Positions 20,691 through 31,289 of a stretch of 64,000 nt of DNA are shown piece by piece. Below the pieces are notes generated by a model. It had not been told where the DNA came from. It did no database searches and worked only from the letters and a program-made list of their open reading frames with translations. Origin of the DNA: Candidatus Latescibacterota bacterium (GTDB taxonomy: Bacteria; Latescibacterota; UBA2968; GCA-2709665); contig CAXXXF010000014.1 of the NCBI GenBank assembly GCA_963667175.2, positions 64,001 to 128,000 of the forward strand, read 5' to 3'. Position 1 is the stretch's first letter; each line of letters starts with the position of its first letter. Both the position numbers and the translations under genes were made by a program.

Positions 20691-20844
20691 CGCTTTACCG
20701 GTAGAGACCTTGCCCAGCTCAAAATGGATACTGGCCGTTCACGACGAACCAAACATACCGTCGTTTACTCGCCAAAGCAAATCTCGTGCGGCATGGACTC
20801 CTGGCATGATTCTGCGGCGCTTCGTCCTATACATATAATTAGTA

Positions 20845-20875
20845 TTGACTTATATGTATAAAATATACATATTAT
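20845..20875 (+). promoter_or_regulatory. vapBC promoter with palindromic operator
   Basis: TTGACT then ATATGTATA-aaa-TATACATAT palindrome (20852-20872); ATG immediately downstream with no SD (leaderless-like). Confidence 0.7.
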
Positions 20876-20880
20876 AGCAT

Positions 20881-21090
20881 ATGCGAACGACACTGAATAT
20901 AGACGATACCCTGCTGAGCCGCGCATCCAGGTTAACCGGAATCAAACAGAAGACCGCCCTGGTCAGGCTGGGCCTCGAAGCCCTGATCGCCCGCGAAAGC
21001 AGCAAACGCCTCGCGGAACTCGAAGGCTCTGAGGAAAGCCTGCTGCCGGTCCCGAGGCGGCGACCGGAAAAACCGGCGCCATGGTCCTAG
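20881..21090 (+). CDS. vapB: VapB-family antitoxin
   Basis: MRTTLNIDD..KTALVRLGLEALI. Confidence 0.92.
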   Translation: MRTTLNIDDTLLSRASRLTGIKQKTALVRLGLEALIARESSKRLAELEGSEESLLPVPRRRPEKPAPWS

Positions 21091-21443
21091 TCGATACGCC
21101 GATATGGGTCTCGTTCCTTCGCTCAGGGAATAAGCGACTGGGGACGCTCCTTCGTGAAGCCAGGGTTGCCAGCCATCCGCTGATCGTCGGAGAACTCGCC
21201 TGCGGGACGCTGGACAACAGAACGGAATTCCTCGCGCTGATCCAGACGCTTCCGCAGGCATCCGCGGCCAGCCAGCTGGAAGTCCTGCATTTCATCGATC
21301 ACCACCGGTTGTCGGCCGCGGGGGTGGGCTATATCGACGCGCACCTGATGGCTTCCGCCCGCTTGTCGGACCTGTTGCTGTGGACTACCGAGGGCAATCT
21401 GCGGTCGGCTGCGGTTCGCTTGGGAATCGCCTACGGGTATTGA
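21081..21443 (+). CDS. vapC: VapC PIN-domain toxin
   Basis: MVLVDTPIW, IVGELACG, IDAHL; overlaps vapB. Confidence 0.92.
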   Translation: MVLVDTPIWVSFLRSGNKRLGTLLREARVASHPLIVGELACGTLDNRTEFLALIQTLPQASAASQLEVLHFIDHHRLSAAGVGYIDAHLMASARLSDLLLWTTEGNLRSAAVRLGIAYGY

Positions 21444-21492
21444 GGGCGGAGTCCCGATCCCGTCATTTCAATCACGAAAGGAGAGCGAGTTC

Positions 21493-21993
21493 ATGTTTCG
21501 ATTTCTCGTACCGGCACTGACGATGTTCTGCCTGCTGGGCGCCGTCGCTACGGATACCCGTGCCCAGATTGCCTTCCGCGCCGGCGGCGGTCTGTACGTC
21601 GAAGAGAAAGAACCCGGCTGGCATGGATCCATCATCCTGCCGTTCGGCAGCAAACCGGCCGGGATCATGCTGGCCGGCGAATACTACACGAAAGACGGCG
21701 GTATCACCGTGCCGATATCTATCCGGGGCCTCTACAAGATCGGTCTCGGAGACAGGCTACACGTTTACGGCGGCTTCGGAAGCGGCGTGATCTATACCAG
21801 ACAGGAATCGGATGCCGCACTGATCGACGGATCGTCCACGAAAGTGCTCGTTTCCGCCGTGGCGGGGCTGAATATCAAATGGCTGGGGCCGGTGCGCATC
21901 TTCGTCGAAACCACTCTGGACCGGGGCGTGGGCGGTAACACGGAGGACAAATACGGCGCGAAGGTGGGCATCTCGCTCACCATCACCGACTGA
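21493..21993 (+). CDS. Putative outer-membrane beta-barrel protein
   Basis: Signal peptide; amphipathic strands, VYGGFGSG. Confidence 0.65.
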   Translation: MFRFLVPALTMFCLLGAVATDTRAQIAFRAGGGLYVEEKEPGWHGSIILPFGSKPAGIMLAGEYYTKDGGITVPISIRGLYKIGLGDRLHVYGGFGSGVIYTRQESDAALIDGSSTKVLVSAVAGLNIKWLGPVRIFVETTLDRGVGGNTEDKYGAKVGISLTITD

Positions 21994-22268
21994 GAGACCC
22001 TGAAAGCGCAGGAAAAACACCGCGTATTCAGGAAACACGGTGCGACAATTGCAGACGAAGACGTCTTGTCAGACCCTTTCTGTCACCCGGTTGGCCCCCC
22101 CTGCGTCAACGACGCCACATCCGCCGATAGATTGATTTCTTTCAATAAATAAGTAACTAATTACGTTAAAAAAAATATATTTTATCTTTTTAACCATCTG
22201 TATTACTTTTTTCCGGCGGATCATTGTCGCCACCCGTCACCCCGAAAACCGAGCCGCAGACTCGTCCT

Positions 22269-22529
22269 ATGCTGAAATTCCAACTCCATATCCTTATGGC
22301 TGAAAAAGGGCCGGACCGTCCGTACAGGATCTCGGAAATCGCCGGGCGGACGGGTCTTCAGGCCAACACCGTCTCTGCCATTTTCAATAACCGGGCGAAG
22401 CGGATCGATCTGGCCACGATCGAAACGCTCTGCCAGGCGCTGGATTGTACGCCCGGCGACCTCTTCCTATACAATCCCGAATCAGACCCAACGCCCGAGG
22501 CCCCAAGCAAAGGAGACCCGCCACCATGA
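22269..22529 (+). CDS. Cro/C1-type HTH regulator (YozG-like)
   Basis: RIDLATIETLCQALDCTPGDLF. Confidence 0.88.
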   Translation: MLKFQLHILMAEKGPDRPYRISEIAGRTGLQANTVSAIFNNRAKRIDLATIETLCQALDCTPGDLFLYNPESDPTPEAPSKGDPPP

Positions 22530-23668
22530 AAATCACTGCGATAAAGACCTTTCTCGTCACCTACAGCAACCGTCCCAGGGCGCTGATCAAGGTCGAAACC
22601 GACGAGGGCCTTTACGGATGGGGCGAAGCCTATTCCATCGGGCCGGACCTCTCCGTCGAGCCGATCGTAGATTATATCGCCACGTGGTTCGTGGGCGAAG
22701 ACCCCCGCCGTATCGAATACCTGATGATGAAGACCCATCAGCAGTTCCGATTTCCACCGGGGGGTACCGGCCTGGCCGCCATTTCAGGGATCGAACACGC
22801 GCTGTGGGATATCAGCGGCAAAGCGGCAAACGTACCGGTATACATGCTTCTCGGCGGCAACCTGCGAGACCGAGTGAGAGTCTACCAGAGCTGCGGCGGG
22901 CCAACCGGCGCGGTTGCGGCCGAAGGGGCGCAGCGATTGAACGACAAATGGGGATTCACCGCGTTCAAGACCAGCCCGTTCCTGTTGAGTCCCGACGCGA
23001 ACCGCTGGGGACGGGTCTGTGACGCCGCGGCGACGTATTTCGAAGAGCTCCGCGATTGTACTCCCGACGACTGGGAATTCGCGTTCGATCCACACGCGAA
23101 GATCTTCGAACCCGTCAGGGCCCTGCAACTGGCCAATGCGCTGGCGCCGTATGATCCCCTGTTTTACGAAGAGCCCCTTCGGCCGGAACACATCCCTGCC
23201 TGGCAACAGTTGCGCAGCCAGATGCAGGTACCGCTGGCAACCGGCGAAAGTCTCTACGCGCGGTTCGAATTCCTGAATCTCATCGCCGCCAGGGCCGCCG
23301 ACATCATACAGCCCGACGTCTGCGTCTGCGGAGGCCTGCTCGAAATGCGGAAGATCGCTGCCATCGCCGAGGCCCATTACGTCACCATCGCGCCGCACAA
23401 CCCGATGGGACCGATCGCAACGGCGGTCAACGTGCACTTCGCCGCCGCAACGCATAACTTCAAGATCCTGGAATACGTCATCCCGGTGGGATCGAGATGG
23501 ATGGAGTACGTCCCGGATCCCTACCTGCCGGTGGACGGATACCTGGAACTCAGAGACCGTCCCGGGCTGGGCATCGACGTAAACGAGGACGCGCTTACCG
23601 ATGAAGACGTCCCCCACTGGCAGCGCACGGCCCCCGTCCGCCCGGATGGGTCGACGGGATACATTTAG
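22526..23668 (+). CDS. Mandelate racemase/galactonate dehydratase-family enzyme
   Basis: KVETDEGLYGWGE, ALWDISGK, YEEP, LATGE, IIQPD, APHN. Confidence 0.92.
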   Translation: MKITAIKTFLVTYSNRPRALIKVETDEGLYGWGEAYSIGPDLSVEPIVDYIATWFVGEDPRRIEYLMMKTHQQFRFPPGGTGLAAISGIEHALWDISGKAANVPVYMLLGGNLRDRVRVYQSCGGPTGAVAAEGAQRLNDKWGFTAFKTSPFLLSPDANRWGRVCDAAATYFEELRDCTPDDWEFAFDPHAKIFEPVRALQLANALAPYDPLFYEEPLRPEHIPAWQQLRSQMQVPLATGESLYARFEFLNLIAARAADIIQPDVCVCGGLLEMRKIAAIAEAHYVTIAPHNPMGPIATAVNVHFAAATHNFKILEYVIPVGSRWMEYVPDPYLPVDGYLELRDRPGLGIDVNEDALTDEDVPHWQRTAPVRPDGSTGYI

Positions 23669-23816
23669 AGCGGTGAGACGGGAGAGGATGTCTGCCCCCG
23701 ATATCCCTTGCAATCCCCAACAATAGATGGTACCATCAACGTCGCACGCTGCGCGACGGGAAGAACGCGATTGGCCGACGGTCCGGCGCCAACGCAACCC
23801 ATCCGGAGATACCCGA

Positions 23817-24998
23817 TTGTCAAACCCGCACACCACGCTCTGGTCCTACCCGTGGGACCTCGCCGACGGCGGGCCCGAAGCCATCGCAAATCGGCTTCGT
23901 AACGAGATCGGCCTGGATGCCATCAGCCTGGCCTCGGCGTACCACACCTTCGAGATGCTGCGCCCGCATTCGCCGACGCAGGTGCTCCTCCAGATTCCTC
24001 AGGCCGCCGTCTATTTTCAGCCCGATCCGAACCTGTATGCCGACACACCCATACAACCTCACGTCAGCCCGCTCATGGGCGGCGAGAACTGGTACGCGGA
24101 CGCCGCCGGGGCCGCGGCGGGCGCCGGTCTGGAACTCATCGCGTGGACGGTATTTCTTCACAACTCGTACCAGGCCGGCCGCCATCCTGAATGCGCTGAA
24201 GTCACCTGTACCGGCGACGTCAGCACCTCCTGGCTCTGCCCGGCCAACCCGGGGGTCCGCGCGTTTGCCGCGGCGCTGGCCAGAGACCTCGCCGAAAACT
24301 ACGGAATCGCCCTCCTGGAGTGCGAGTCCCTCTCCTACGGCGGGTTCGGACACACGCATTATCACGTCAAACACGGCGTCGACCTCGGACCCGGCGGCCG
24401 CTTTCTCCTCTCCCTCTGCTTCTGCGACGCCTGTCGGTCGAGGGCAATAGAAAAAGGCGTGGATCCAAACGCCCTTTCGCGGGCCGTGGAATCCAGGCTG
24501 CGCCAGACCCTGGCATCCGGCGTCCCGCCCGCCGGGTCCCGAGAGGAACTCATCGCCTCGGTGCCGCAACTCGAGGCATTCATCCGGATGCGCGACGAGG
24601 TCGTCGCGAGCCTGCTGGAAGAGGTCAAAGCCGCCGCCGGGGTTCCCGTCTCGTTCATCTTCATGGGCGACCGGTTTCACGCGGCGGTCGACCGCTCGCG
24701 CCTGGCGAACATCGCCGATTACGCGGAGACCCTCGCCTACACACCGGACGCCGACCGAATTCAAGGGGCGATCTCCGAAATTGTGCCCGACCTGAAGAAC
24801 CCGCAGCAACTCGTCGTGGGTCTGCAGGCATACCATCCCGCGTCTCCGGACGCCCGGACACTCAGCGCGAGCGTCGAACGCGCGCTGGGCCTGGGCATCC
24901 GCCGGTTTTCGTTCTACAATTACGGCATTATGCCGAAAGCCAACCTGGCCTGGATCCGGCAGTGCATCGGCGACGCCGGCCGCCCCTGTGACACGTGA
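23817..24998 (+). CDS. Hypothetical TIM-barrel/glycoside-hydrolase-like protein
   Basis: YPWD, AYH, AWTVFLHN, LCPANP, CFCDAC, FYNYG; TTG start after SD GGAG. Confidence 0.65.
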   Translation: MSNPHTTLWSYPWDLADGGPEAIANRLRNEIGLDAISLASAYHTFEMLRPHSPTQVLLQIPQAAVYFQPDPNLYADTPIQPHVSPLMGGENWYADAAGAAAGAGLELIAWTVFLHNSYQAGRHPECAEVTCTGDVSTSWLCPANPGVRAFAAALARDLAENYGIALLECESLSYGGFGHTHYHVKHGVDLGPGGRFLLSLCFCDACRSRAIEKGVDPNALSRAVESRLRQTLASGVPPAGSREELIASVPQLEAFIRMRDEVVASLLEEVKAAAGVPVSFIFMGDRFHAAVDRSRLANIADYAETLAYTPDADRIQGAISEIVPDLKNPQQLVVGLQAYHPASPDARTLSASVERALGLGIRRFSFYNYGIMPKANLAWIRQCIGDAGRPCDT

Positions 24999-26095
24999 CG
25001 GCACCGATGGAAGCGCTGGCATTCGTCTCATCTCTCCTCTGCCTGGTCTACGTCGTCGTCGCGGGCGCGATCCATAGAGGTCTGAGTCGCCTGTCGGCCG
25101 GCAGCAACGCCGATACCCCCGACGTCACGGTCGTCATTCCCGCCCGCAATGAAGCCCATCGTATCGACCGGTGTCTCTCGGCCCTCGCCGAACAGACCTA
25201 TCCTCCGGAACGCACCCGGGTCATCGTCGTCGACGACCATTCCACGGATGACACCGCGCGCGTCGCGATGGCGTGGACCGACCGCATTCCCGGCCTCAGG
25301 GTCGTCCAGGCAACCGACGGCCCGCACGCCTGCCCGAAGAAAAATGCCCTGGACACGGGCATCCGCGCCGGCGCCGGGGAAATTATCCTCGCCACGGACG
25401 CCGACTGCATCCCCTCTTCGGACTGGATCGTTTCCACGGTCCGCGCTTTCGATCCCGACGTCGGCATGGTTGCAGGATATGCGCCCCTGATCCCGGAGCG
25501 CGGGGTCCTGTCCGGACTGCTTTCCCTGCAGGGACTCGTGGTGTCCACCCTGACCGCCGGCAGCATCGGTCTGGGTTTTCCGCTGACGTGTTCCGGACGG
25601 AATCTCGCCTATCGCAAGTCGGCCTTCCACGATGCGGGAGGATTCGATTCCATCGGTCATATCCGCGGTGGAGACGACGTCCTGCTGATGAGGCGCATCG
25701 CCTCGAAAACGGCCTGGCGCATCCGATTCAACCCGAACGCGAGCGTGCGTTCATCCCCGCATACCGACGGCCTGTACCGACGCCAGGTCCGCTACCAGTC
25801 AAAGGCGGTCCATTACGGATTTTCGGTCTTGCCTGTCGCGTTGAGTCTCTATATATTCCACGTGGTCCTCGCCGCGGCGCCTTTCCTCGCCTGGCTGCAT
25901 CCCGCGCTCCGATTCCCCTTCGGCATGATAGGCGCGGCAAAAATACTCGCCGACTGGCTGCTGCTGTCCGGCGCCGCCCGCCGTTTCAATGCGCGGAGAG
26001 TCCTCCGGCTGTTTCCGCTCCTTGAACTGATTTCCGTACCGTACGTCGTCGTCATCTGCGCCGCCGGCGCACTGGCGCCCTCCCGCTGGAAATAG
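24995..26095 (+). CDS. Glycosyltransferase family 2 (membrane-bound)
   Basis: VVIPARNE, VDDHSTD, TDADC, GDD. Confidence 0.9.
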   Translation: MTAPMEALAFVSSLLCLVYVVVAGAIHRGLSRLSAGSNADTPDVTVVIPARNEAHRIDRCLSALAEQTYPPERTRVIVVDDHSTDDTARVAMAWTDRIPGLRVVQATDGPHACPKKNALDTGIRAGAGEIILATDADCIPSSDWIVSTVRAFDPDVGMVAGYAPLIPERGVLSGLLSLQGLVVSTLTAGSIGLGFPLTCSGRNLAYRKSAFHDAGGFDSIGHIRGGDDVLLMRRIASKTAWRIRFNPNASVRSSPHTDGLYRRQVRYQSKAVHYGFSVLPVALSLYIFHVVLAAAPFLAWLHPALRFPFGMIGAAKILADWLLLSGAARRFNARRVLRLFPLLELISVPYVVVICAAGALAPSRWK

Positions 26096-26097
26096 AT

Positions 26098-27156
26098 ATG
26101 CTCTCACTCAGACTGTTGCCCGGGACCGTTGCTCGCTACCATCGGACGCTGACGGTCCGGCGCGTCTGGAACGCCGTCAAGGTGGTTGTCTCCTACGTCC
26201 TCTCGCGCATGGCCGGACGGGATATCCGAATGGGGCGGCCCTTCATCCTGATGCTGGAGCCCACAAACCTCTGCAATCTCAAGTGTCCGCTCTGCCCATC
26301 CGGCAACGGGGGACTCACAAGGCCCCGAGGCACGATGGAATTCGAAGCCTTCAAGCGGATCTTCGAGGAGCAGGCGAAAGACCTCGTGCTCCTGATGCTG
26401 TGGAACCAGGGCGAGCCCTTCATCAACAAGCGGCTGACCGACATGGTCCGTCTGGCCAAAGCCCACAACGTACCCACCATCACCAGCACCAATGTCCACT
26501 ACATCCGAAGCCGAAGCGACGCCGAAGATATCGTCTCCTCCGGGCTGGACGAAATCGTGGTCTCCCTGGACGGAGTGACCCCGGAATCCTACGTCAAGTA
26601 CCGCGTCGGAGGCAACTTCGACCGGGTCCTGGACGGGATTCGCCTCCTCAGCGCGGCAAAGAAGACGATGAACGCGGACCATCCCGTCATCCACCTGCAG
26701 TTCATCATCTTCAAACACAACGAGACCGAGATCGAAGCCGCCCGGAGCCTCGCGCGGGAACTCGGCGTGGACCGGCTGTCGCTGAAAACCGCCCAGGTCT
26801 ATACGGACGCCGAAGCGGAACAGTACCTTCCCGAAGACGAATCTCTCAGCCGCTATCGCTACGACACGGACAAGCTGACAATGAACGGCAGGATAACCAA
26901 TTCCTGCAGACACCTCTGGTACAGTACCGTCGTCAACTGGGACGGGGCCGTTTCGCCGTGCTGTTTTGACAAAGACGTCCACTACGGCCTGGGCAATGCG
27001 CTGGAAAACCCGGACTTCGAAGACACCTGGTCCGGCGAGGCGTACACCGGCTTCAGAAACGCCATCCTCAAGGACCGTTCCGCCGTGCCCATCTGCAACA
27101 ACTGTTCAGAAGGCATCAAGGGGCTATTCTACGACATCGAAGTGGTGAAGCATTAG
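26098..27156 (+). CDS. Radical SAM protein with SPASM/twitch domain
   Basis: CNLKCPLC; CRHLW..NWDGAVSPCCFD..CNNC. Confidence 0.92.
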   Translation: MLSLRLLPGTVARYHRTLTVRRVWNAVKVVVSYVLSRMAGRDIRMGRPFILMLEPTNLCNLKCPLCPSGNGGLTRPRGTMEFEAFKRIFEEQAKDLVLLMLWNQGEPFINKRLTDMVRLAKAHNVPTITSTNVHYIRSRSDAEDIVSSGLDEIVVSLDGVTPESYVKYRVGGNFDRVLDGIRLLSAAKKTMNADHPVIHLQFIIFKHNETEIEAARSLARELGVDRLSLKTAQVYTDAEAEQYLPEDESLSRYRYDTDKLTMNGRITNSCRHLWYSTVVNWDGAVSPCCFDKDVHYGLGNALENPDFEDTWSGEAYTGFRNAILKDRSAVPICNNCSEGIKGLFYDIEVVKH

Positions 27157-27234
27157 CAGCCCGGAGCGGGGACCCGCGTTCCTGCTCTTTCATTCACACA
27201 CGCCGATTTCAACCCGTTCCCAGCCGGGATACCC

Positions 27235-28413
27235 GTGTCAACCACCCTGATCCATGCGATCCTGATGGTCTCGACGGCTGTGTACGCGGCCGCCGCCCTG
27301 GCGTTTCTGGTCGGCCTGCGGCGACGGATCCGGCGCGCTGACGCCCGCTCCTTTCCGTTCGTATCGGTGGTGATTGCCGCAAGGGACGAAGCGGATCAGA
27401 TCGCCGATTGCCTCACGGGACTGATCGGACAGACGTACCCGGCCGACCGGTACGAAGTCCTCGTCGTCGACGACGGCTCCACGGACGATACCGCTGATAT
27501 CTCGGCCGAATTCGCCGCCAGGCACCCCCGGGTCCGGAGCATTGAAGTCACGGACGCGTTCCGGCATATGGCGGCAAAGAAACGGCCTCTCTCCGAGGGC
27601 ATCCGGGCCGCGCGCGGGAGCATCATCCTGACCACCGACGCGGATTGCGACGTCCCGCCCACCTGGATTTCAGGGATGGTCTCGCATTTCGACGCCGGCG
27701 CGGATGCGGTCATCGGGTTCTCACAGGTAAAAAACACCGGGGACCGGCTGACCCTGGCGGAGCGCATCCAGGCGTTCGACTTTCTCGCGCTCATGTCCGC
27801 TTCCGCCGGCGCCGCCAACCTCGGCGTGCCGCTGGCCGCATCGGGGCAGAATTTCGCCTACCGGAAATCGCTTTTCGAGCGGGTCGCCGGATTCGAGGAC
27901 ATCGCGCAACGTCCGTCCGGCGATGACGTCCTTCTGCTTCAGTTGTTCCGCCGGGCCGGCGCAAAGATCGTCTTTGCAGACGACCCTCACACCTTCGTCA
28001 GCACCCGTCGCGCCGAAACCATGGCGGGATTCTGGACCCAACGGCGCCGATGGGCGTCGAACGCGCGGTGCATGCCGGCGCTCAATCCCCTATTCTTCGC
28101 TTATCTCGCGAACGTGTTTACGCTCAACCTGTTCTTTCCCGTTGCATTGATTTCCGGGATTGCCGGAACCGGCGTCGGTCTGCCGCTGGCCTGTTTCGCG
28201 GCCAGGACCCTGGCGGACCTGGCTGTGGTTTGCAAAGGCGCACGGAGGTTCGGACGGACGGACCTCCTGTCAGTGCTGCCGGTCTGGGAATTCCTGCAGA
28301 TTCCCTACACGGTTCTGGTGGGGCTTTCCGGATCGTTCGGCAGTTTCGTCTGGAAGGGAAGGGTCCACAGGCCGCGCGACACGGGGAAAGCGAGCGTTCC
28401 GGCCCTGAAATAG
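27235..28413 (+). CDS. Glycosyltransferase family 2 (membrane-bound)
   Basis: VDDGSTD, TDADC, SGDD, QRRRW. Confidence 0.9.
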   Translation: MSTTLIHAILMVSTAVYAAAALAFLVGLRRRIRRADARSFPFVSVVIAARDEADQIADCLTGLIGQTYPADRYEVLVVDDGSTDDTADISAEFAARHPRVRSIEVTDAFRHMAAKKRPLSEGIRAARGSIILTTDADCDVPPTWISGMVSHFDAGADAVIGFSQVKNTGDRLTLAERIQAFDFLALMSASAGAANLGVPLAASGQNFAYRKSLFERVAGFEDIAQRPSGDDVLLLQLFRRAGAKIVFADDPHTFVSTRRAETMAGFWTQRRRWASNARCMPALNPLFFAYLANVFTLNLFFPVALISGIAGTGVGLPLACFAARTLADLAVVCKGARRFGRTDLLSVLPVWEFLQIPYTVLVGLSGSFGSFVWKGRVHRPRDTGKASVPALK

Positions 28414-28516
28414 ATTGCCGGAATTCGGCCGTCGGAAATACCCACCACCTAGACACGAAAACCAGCTCACACAGAGACACAAAGACACAAAGGGAACCCT
28501 GAAACACCCGAATGGC

Positions 28517-28541
28517 GGGCAACCACAAGGGTTGCCCCTAC
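28517..28541 (-). repeat. GTAG-type REP palindrome
   Basis: Reverse complement of GTAGGGGCAACCCTTGTGGTTGCCC; identical to 14450-14474 and 46233-46257. Confidence 0.9.
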
Positions 28542-28624
28542 AATTTCAACATCGGCGCAGACCTCTCCCCCTGCCCTACGTACTCCCTGTGATGGCGTTG
28601 AACTCCAAATTCGAGCCTTATTTC

Positions 28625-29773
28625 ATGTTTTTTCGTCCACACTTGTGCAAATGGGGACTCGCCGTCCTCATCCTCGCGCTCGGTTCAGACGCCCGGGGCG
28701 CCGAACGCCCGCGCGCCAGAGGCCTGGGTATCCGAATCGGCGTTCTTCCGCCCGGTCCCCATAACGCCATCACCGATGTATCAGGCGTCATGGTCGGACA
28801 CGTCACCCTCATCAGCGGCGAAGGGGAACTGGTTGTCGGAAAGGGGCCCGTCCGTACCGGTGTGACCGCGGTGGTGCCCCACCCCGACGACGTCTACCTG
28901 AACCAGGTGTACGCCGCTGCCGAAGTGATCAACGGAAACGGCGAGATGACGGGCATGGCGTGGGTCAACGAACGGGGTCTGCTGGAGGTTCCGGTGGTCC
29001 TCACCAACACGTTGAGCGTCGGCGAGGCGTACAGCGGCGTCGTTGCCTATATGCTCCGGCAGGGCCAGGGGCGCGTTCCCCTGCCCGTCGTGGCCGAATG
29101 TTACGATGGCGGCCTCAACGACGTCGCGGGCCGCCATGTAAAGGAGGAACACGTCATCCTTGCGATCGAATCCGCGGCGGATGGACCGGTCGCCGAGGGA
29201 TCGGTAGGCGCGGGTACGGGGATGAGGGCGTACGGATTCAAGGCCGGCATCGGAACGGCGTCGCGTGTACTCACAAAGGCCCAGGGCGCCTATACCCTGG
29301 GCGTGCTGGTCGTGGCAAACTGCGGCCGTCGTCCCAATCTGGTCATCGACGGGGTCCCCGTGGGGCGGCGCCTGCCGGCTACGCGTCCGCCGGACCGGGA
29401 CGGTTCCATCGTCATCCTGATCGCCACCGACGCGCCGCTGATTCCCCTACAACTCCAGCGGCTCTGCAAACGGTCCGCACTCGGCATGAGCCGCACCGGA
29501 ACCTTCTCTCGCACAAGCAGTGGCGACCTTGCTCTCGCGTTTTCCACCGCCCACCGCGTCCCCCGGGACGCGGCGACTGCGGATACCGTCAAGACCCTCC
29601 GGGACCGCCGCCTCAACCCGCTTCTTCAGGCCACCGTTGAGGCCACCGAGGAAGCCATCGTCAACGCGCTCTGCGCCGCGGACACGATGACGGGACGGGA
29701 CAACAGGACGATACCCGGCCTCCCGCTGGACCGACTCGTCGACATCATGAAGCAACACAACCGGATCAAGTGA
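28625..29773 (+). CDS. DmpA/P1-family aminopeptidase (S58)
   Basis: NAITDV, EGSVGAGTGM, FKAGIGTASR, DG|SI autoprocessing site, SGD. Confidence 0.9.
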   Translation: MFFRPHLCKWGLAVLILALGSDARGAERPRARGLGIRIGVLPPGPHNAITDVSGVMVGHVTLISGEGELVVGKGPVRTGVTAVVPHPDDVYLNQVYAAAEVINGNGEMTGMAWVNERGLLEVPVVLTNTLSVGEAYSGVVAYMLRQGQGRVPLPVVAECYDGGLNDVAGRHVKEEHVILAIESAADGPVAEGSVGAGTGMRAYGFKAGIGTASRVLTKAQGAYTLGVLVVANCGRRPNLVIDGVPVGRRLPATRPPDRDGSIVILIATDAPLIPLQLQRLCKRSALGMSRTGTFSRTSSGDLALAFSTAHRVPRDAATADTVKTLRDRRLNPLLQATVEATEEAIVNALCAADTMTGRDNRTIPGLPLDRLVDIMKQHNRIK

Positions 29774-29831
29774 TCGGGAACCCGGCGGCTGCGCCGTCGC
29801 CCGATTCCGGATTCTGCATCCAGGTCACGAT

Positions 29832-31286
29832 ATGCCCAATCTGACGATCATCCTCGGCCTCGCGGCCTATATCCTGGTGACGCTTGCGGTCGGTCTCTAC
29901 GCGGGCCGGCGCGTCAAGGGCTCCGCCGACTTCATCGTCGCCGGCCGGAGGCTGGGAATCTGGCTGGCCACCGGGACTCTCGCGGCCACGTGGTTCGGGG
30001 GCGGGATCGTAATCGGGGCCGCCAGCGAGGCCTACAAGAAGGGATTTATGGGCGTCATCGCCGATCCGTTCGGCGCGGCACTCTGTCTGTTTCTCGCGGG
30101 CTTGTTCTACGTCAGGATCATGCGGAGGATGGGCCTGACCACCATCGCGGGTTTCTTCGAAAGCCGCTTCGGGCGCACGGCGGGCGCGGTGGCTGCGCTG
30201 TGCACCATCCCGGCGTACCTGGGATGGGTGGCGTCCCTGATGGTCGCCTTCGGCAGGGTCATCCAGTCGCTCACCGGAATCGACCCGACACTGGGCATCT
30301 GCATCGGCGCGGCGATCGTCCTCGTGTACACGACGGCGGGAGGCATGTGGGCCGTCACGCTGACGGACTTCATCCAGGTGGCCGTTCTATCCGTGGGGCT
30401 CCTGGTGATCACGCCGCTGCTGCTGAACGATATGGGTGGGTGGTCGGCCATCAGCGCCCGGATTCCCGAAGACCGGTTCTATCTCTACCCCCGGAACGCC
30501 GGTGCGCCCGGCTGGTTCGCCTACGCCAGGGACTGGCTGGTCATCGGACTGGGCAATCTGGCGGGGCAGGACCTCATCCAGCGGAGTCTTTCAAGCAGGA
30601 GTGAGTCCGTCGCCCAGAACAGCGCCTATCTTGCCGGCGCGCTCTATCTTACGGTGGGGCTGCTGCCGGTGTTTCTCGGCATTGCCGGGACCCTCATCTT
30701 TCCCGATATCGCCGATCCGGATATGATCATGATGCAGCTGGGCATGAAATATCTCTCGCCTCTCGCGATGGCGGTCTTTCTGGGCGCGCTCGTCTCCGCC
30801 CTGATGAGCAGCGCGGACAGCGCCCTGCTCGCCCCCGCCAGCGTTATCGGATGGGACCTGGTCCGCTACGTCCGCCCGGACGCCGACGAACGGCTGGTCC
30901 TCAGGATCTGCCGCATCAGCGTTCCGGTCCTCGGCCTGATTGCCCTCTACCTCGCGCTGGCGCACAATACCGTCTATACGCTGATGGTAGATTCATGGTC
31001 GATCCTGCTGGCCACCCTGTTCGTGCCGCTCACCGCCGGCATCTGGTGGTCCCGGGCCAACCTGCCCGGCGCGCTCGCAGCCATGGTCGCCGGATTCGCC
31101 GCCTGGATCTGTTTCATCTACCTCACGCCGGACCTGCCGGCGGACCTGCTGGCCGTCCCGGTCGCGCTGGTCTGTCTGGTCGTTCTCAGCCTGAAGACAA
31201 AGAGCTCTTTCCCGGCGCGACCGCTCTCGGATACCGCCGGCCGCCCCGTTTCCCTCCAGCACCGCCTCGGACTTCGACGCCGGTAG
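29832..31286 (+). CDS. Sodium:solute symporter
   Basis: DFIVAGR, GGMWAVTLTD, ALMSSADS; many TM helices. Confidence 0.92.
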   Translation: MPNLTIILGLAAYILVTLAVGLYAGRRVKGSADFIVAGRRLGIWLATGTLAATWFGGGIVIGAASEAYKKGFMGVIADPFGAALCLFLAGLFYVRIMRRMGLTTIAGFFESRFGRTAGAVAALCTIPAYLGWVASLMVAFGRVIQSLTGIDPTLGICIGAAIVLVYTTAGGMWAVTLTDFIQVAVLSVGLLVITPLLLNDMGGWSAISARIPEDRFYLYPRNAGAPGWFAYARDWLVIGLGNLAGQDLIQRSLSSRSESVAQNSAYLAGALYLTVGLLPVFLGIAGTLIFPDIADPDMIMMQLGMKYLSPLAMAVFLGALVSALMSSADSALLAPASVIGWDLVRYVRPDADERLVLRICRISVPVLGLIALYLALAHNTVYTLMVDSWSILLATLFVPLTAGIWWSRANLPGALAAMVAGFAAWICFIYLTPDLPADLLAVPVALVCLVVLSLKTKSSFPARPLSDTAGRPVSLQHRLGLRRR

Positions 31287-31289
31287 CGG

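Noticed and set aside
9041-21993. Integron cassette array
   Set aside because: Genes lie in mixed orientations, and no attC-like sites or integron integrase were recognised
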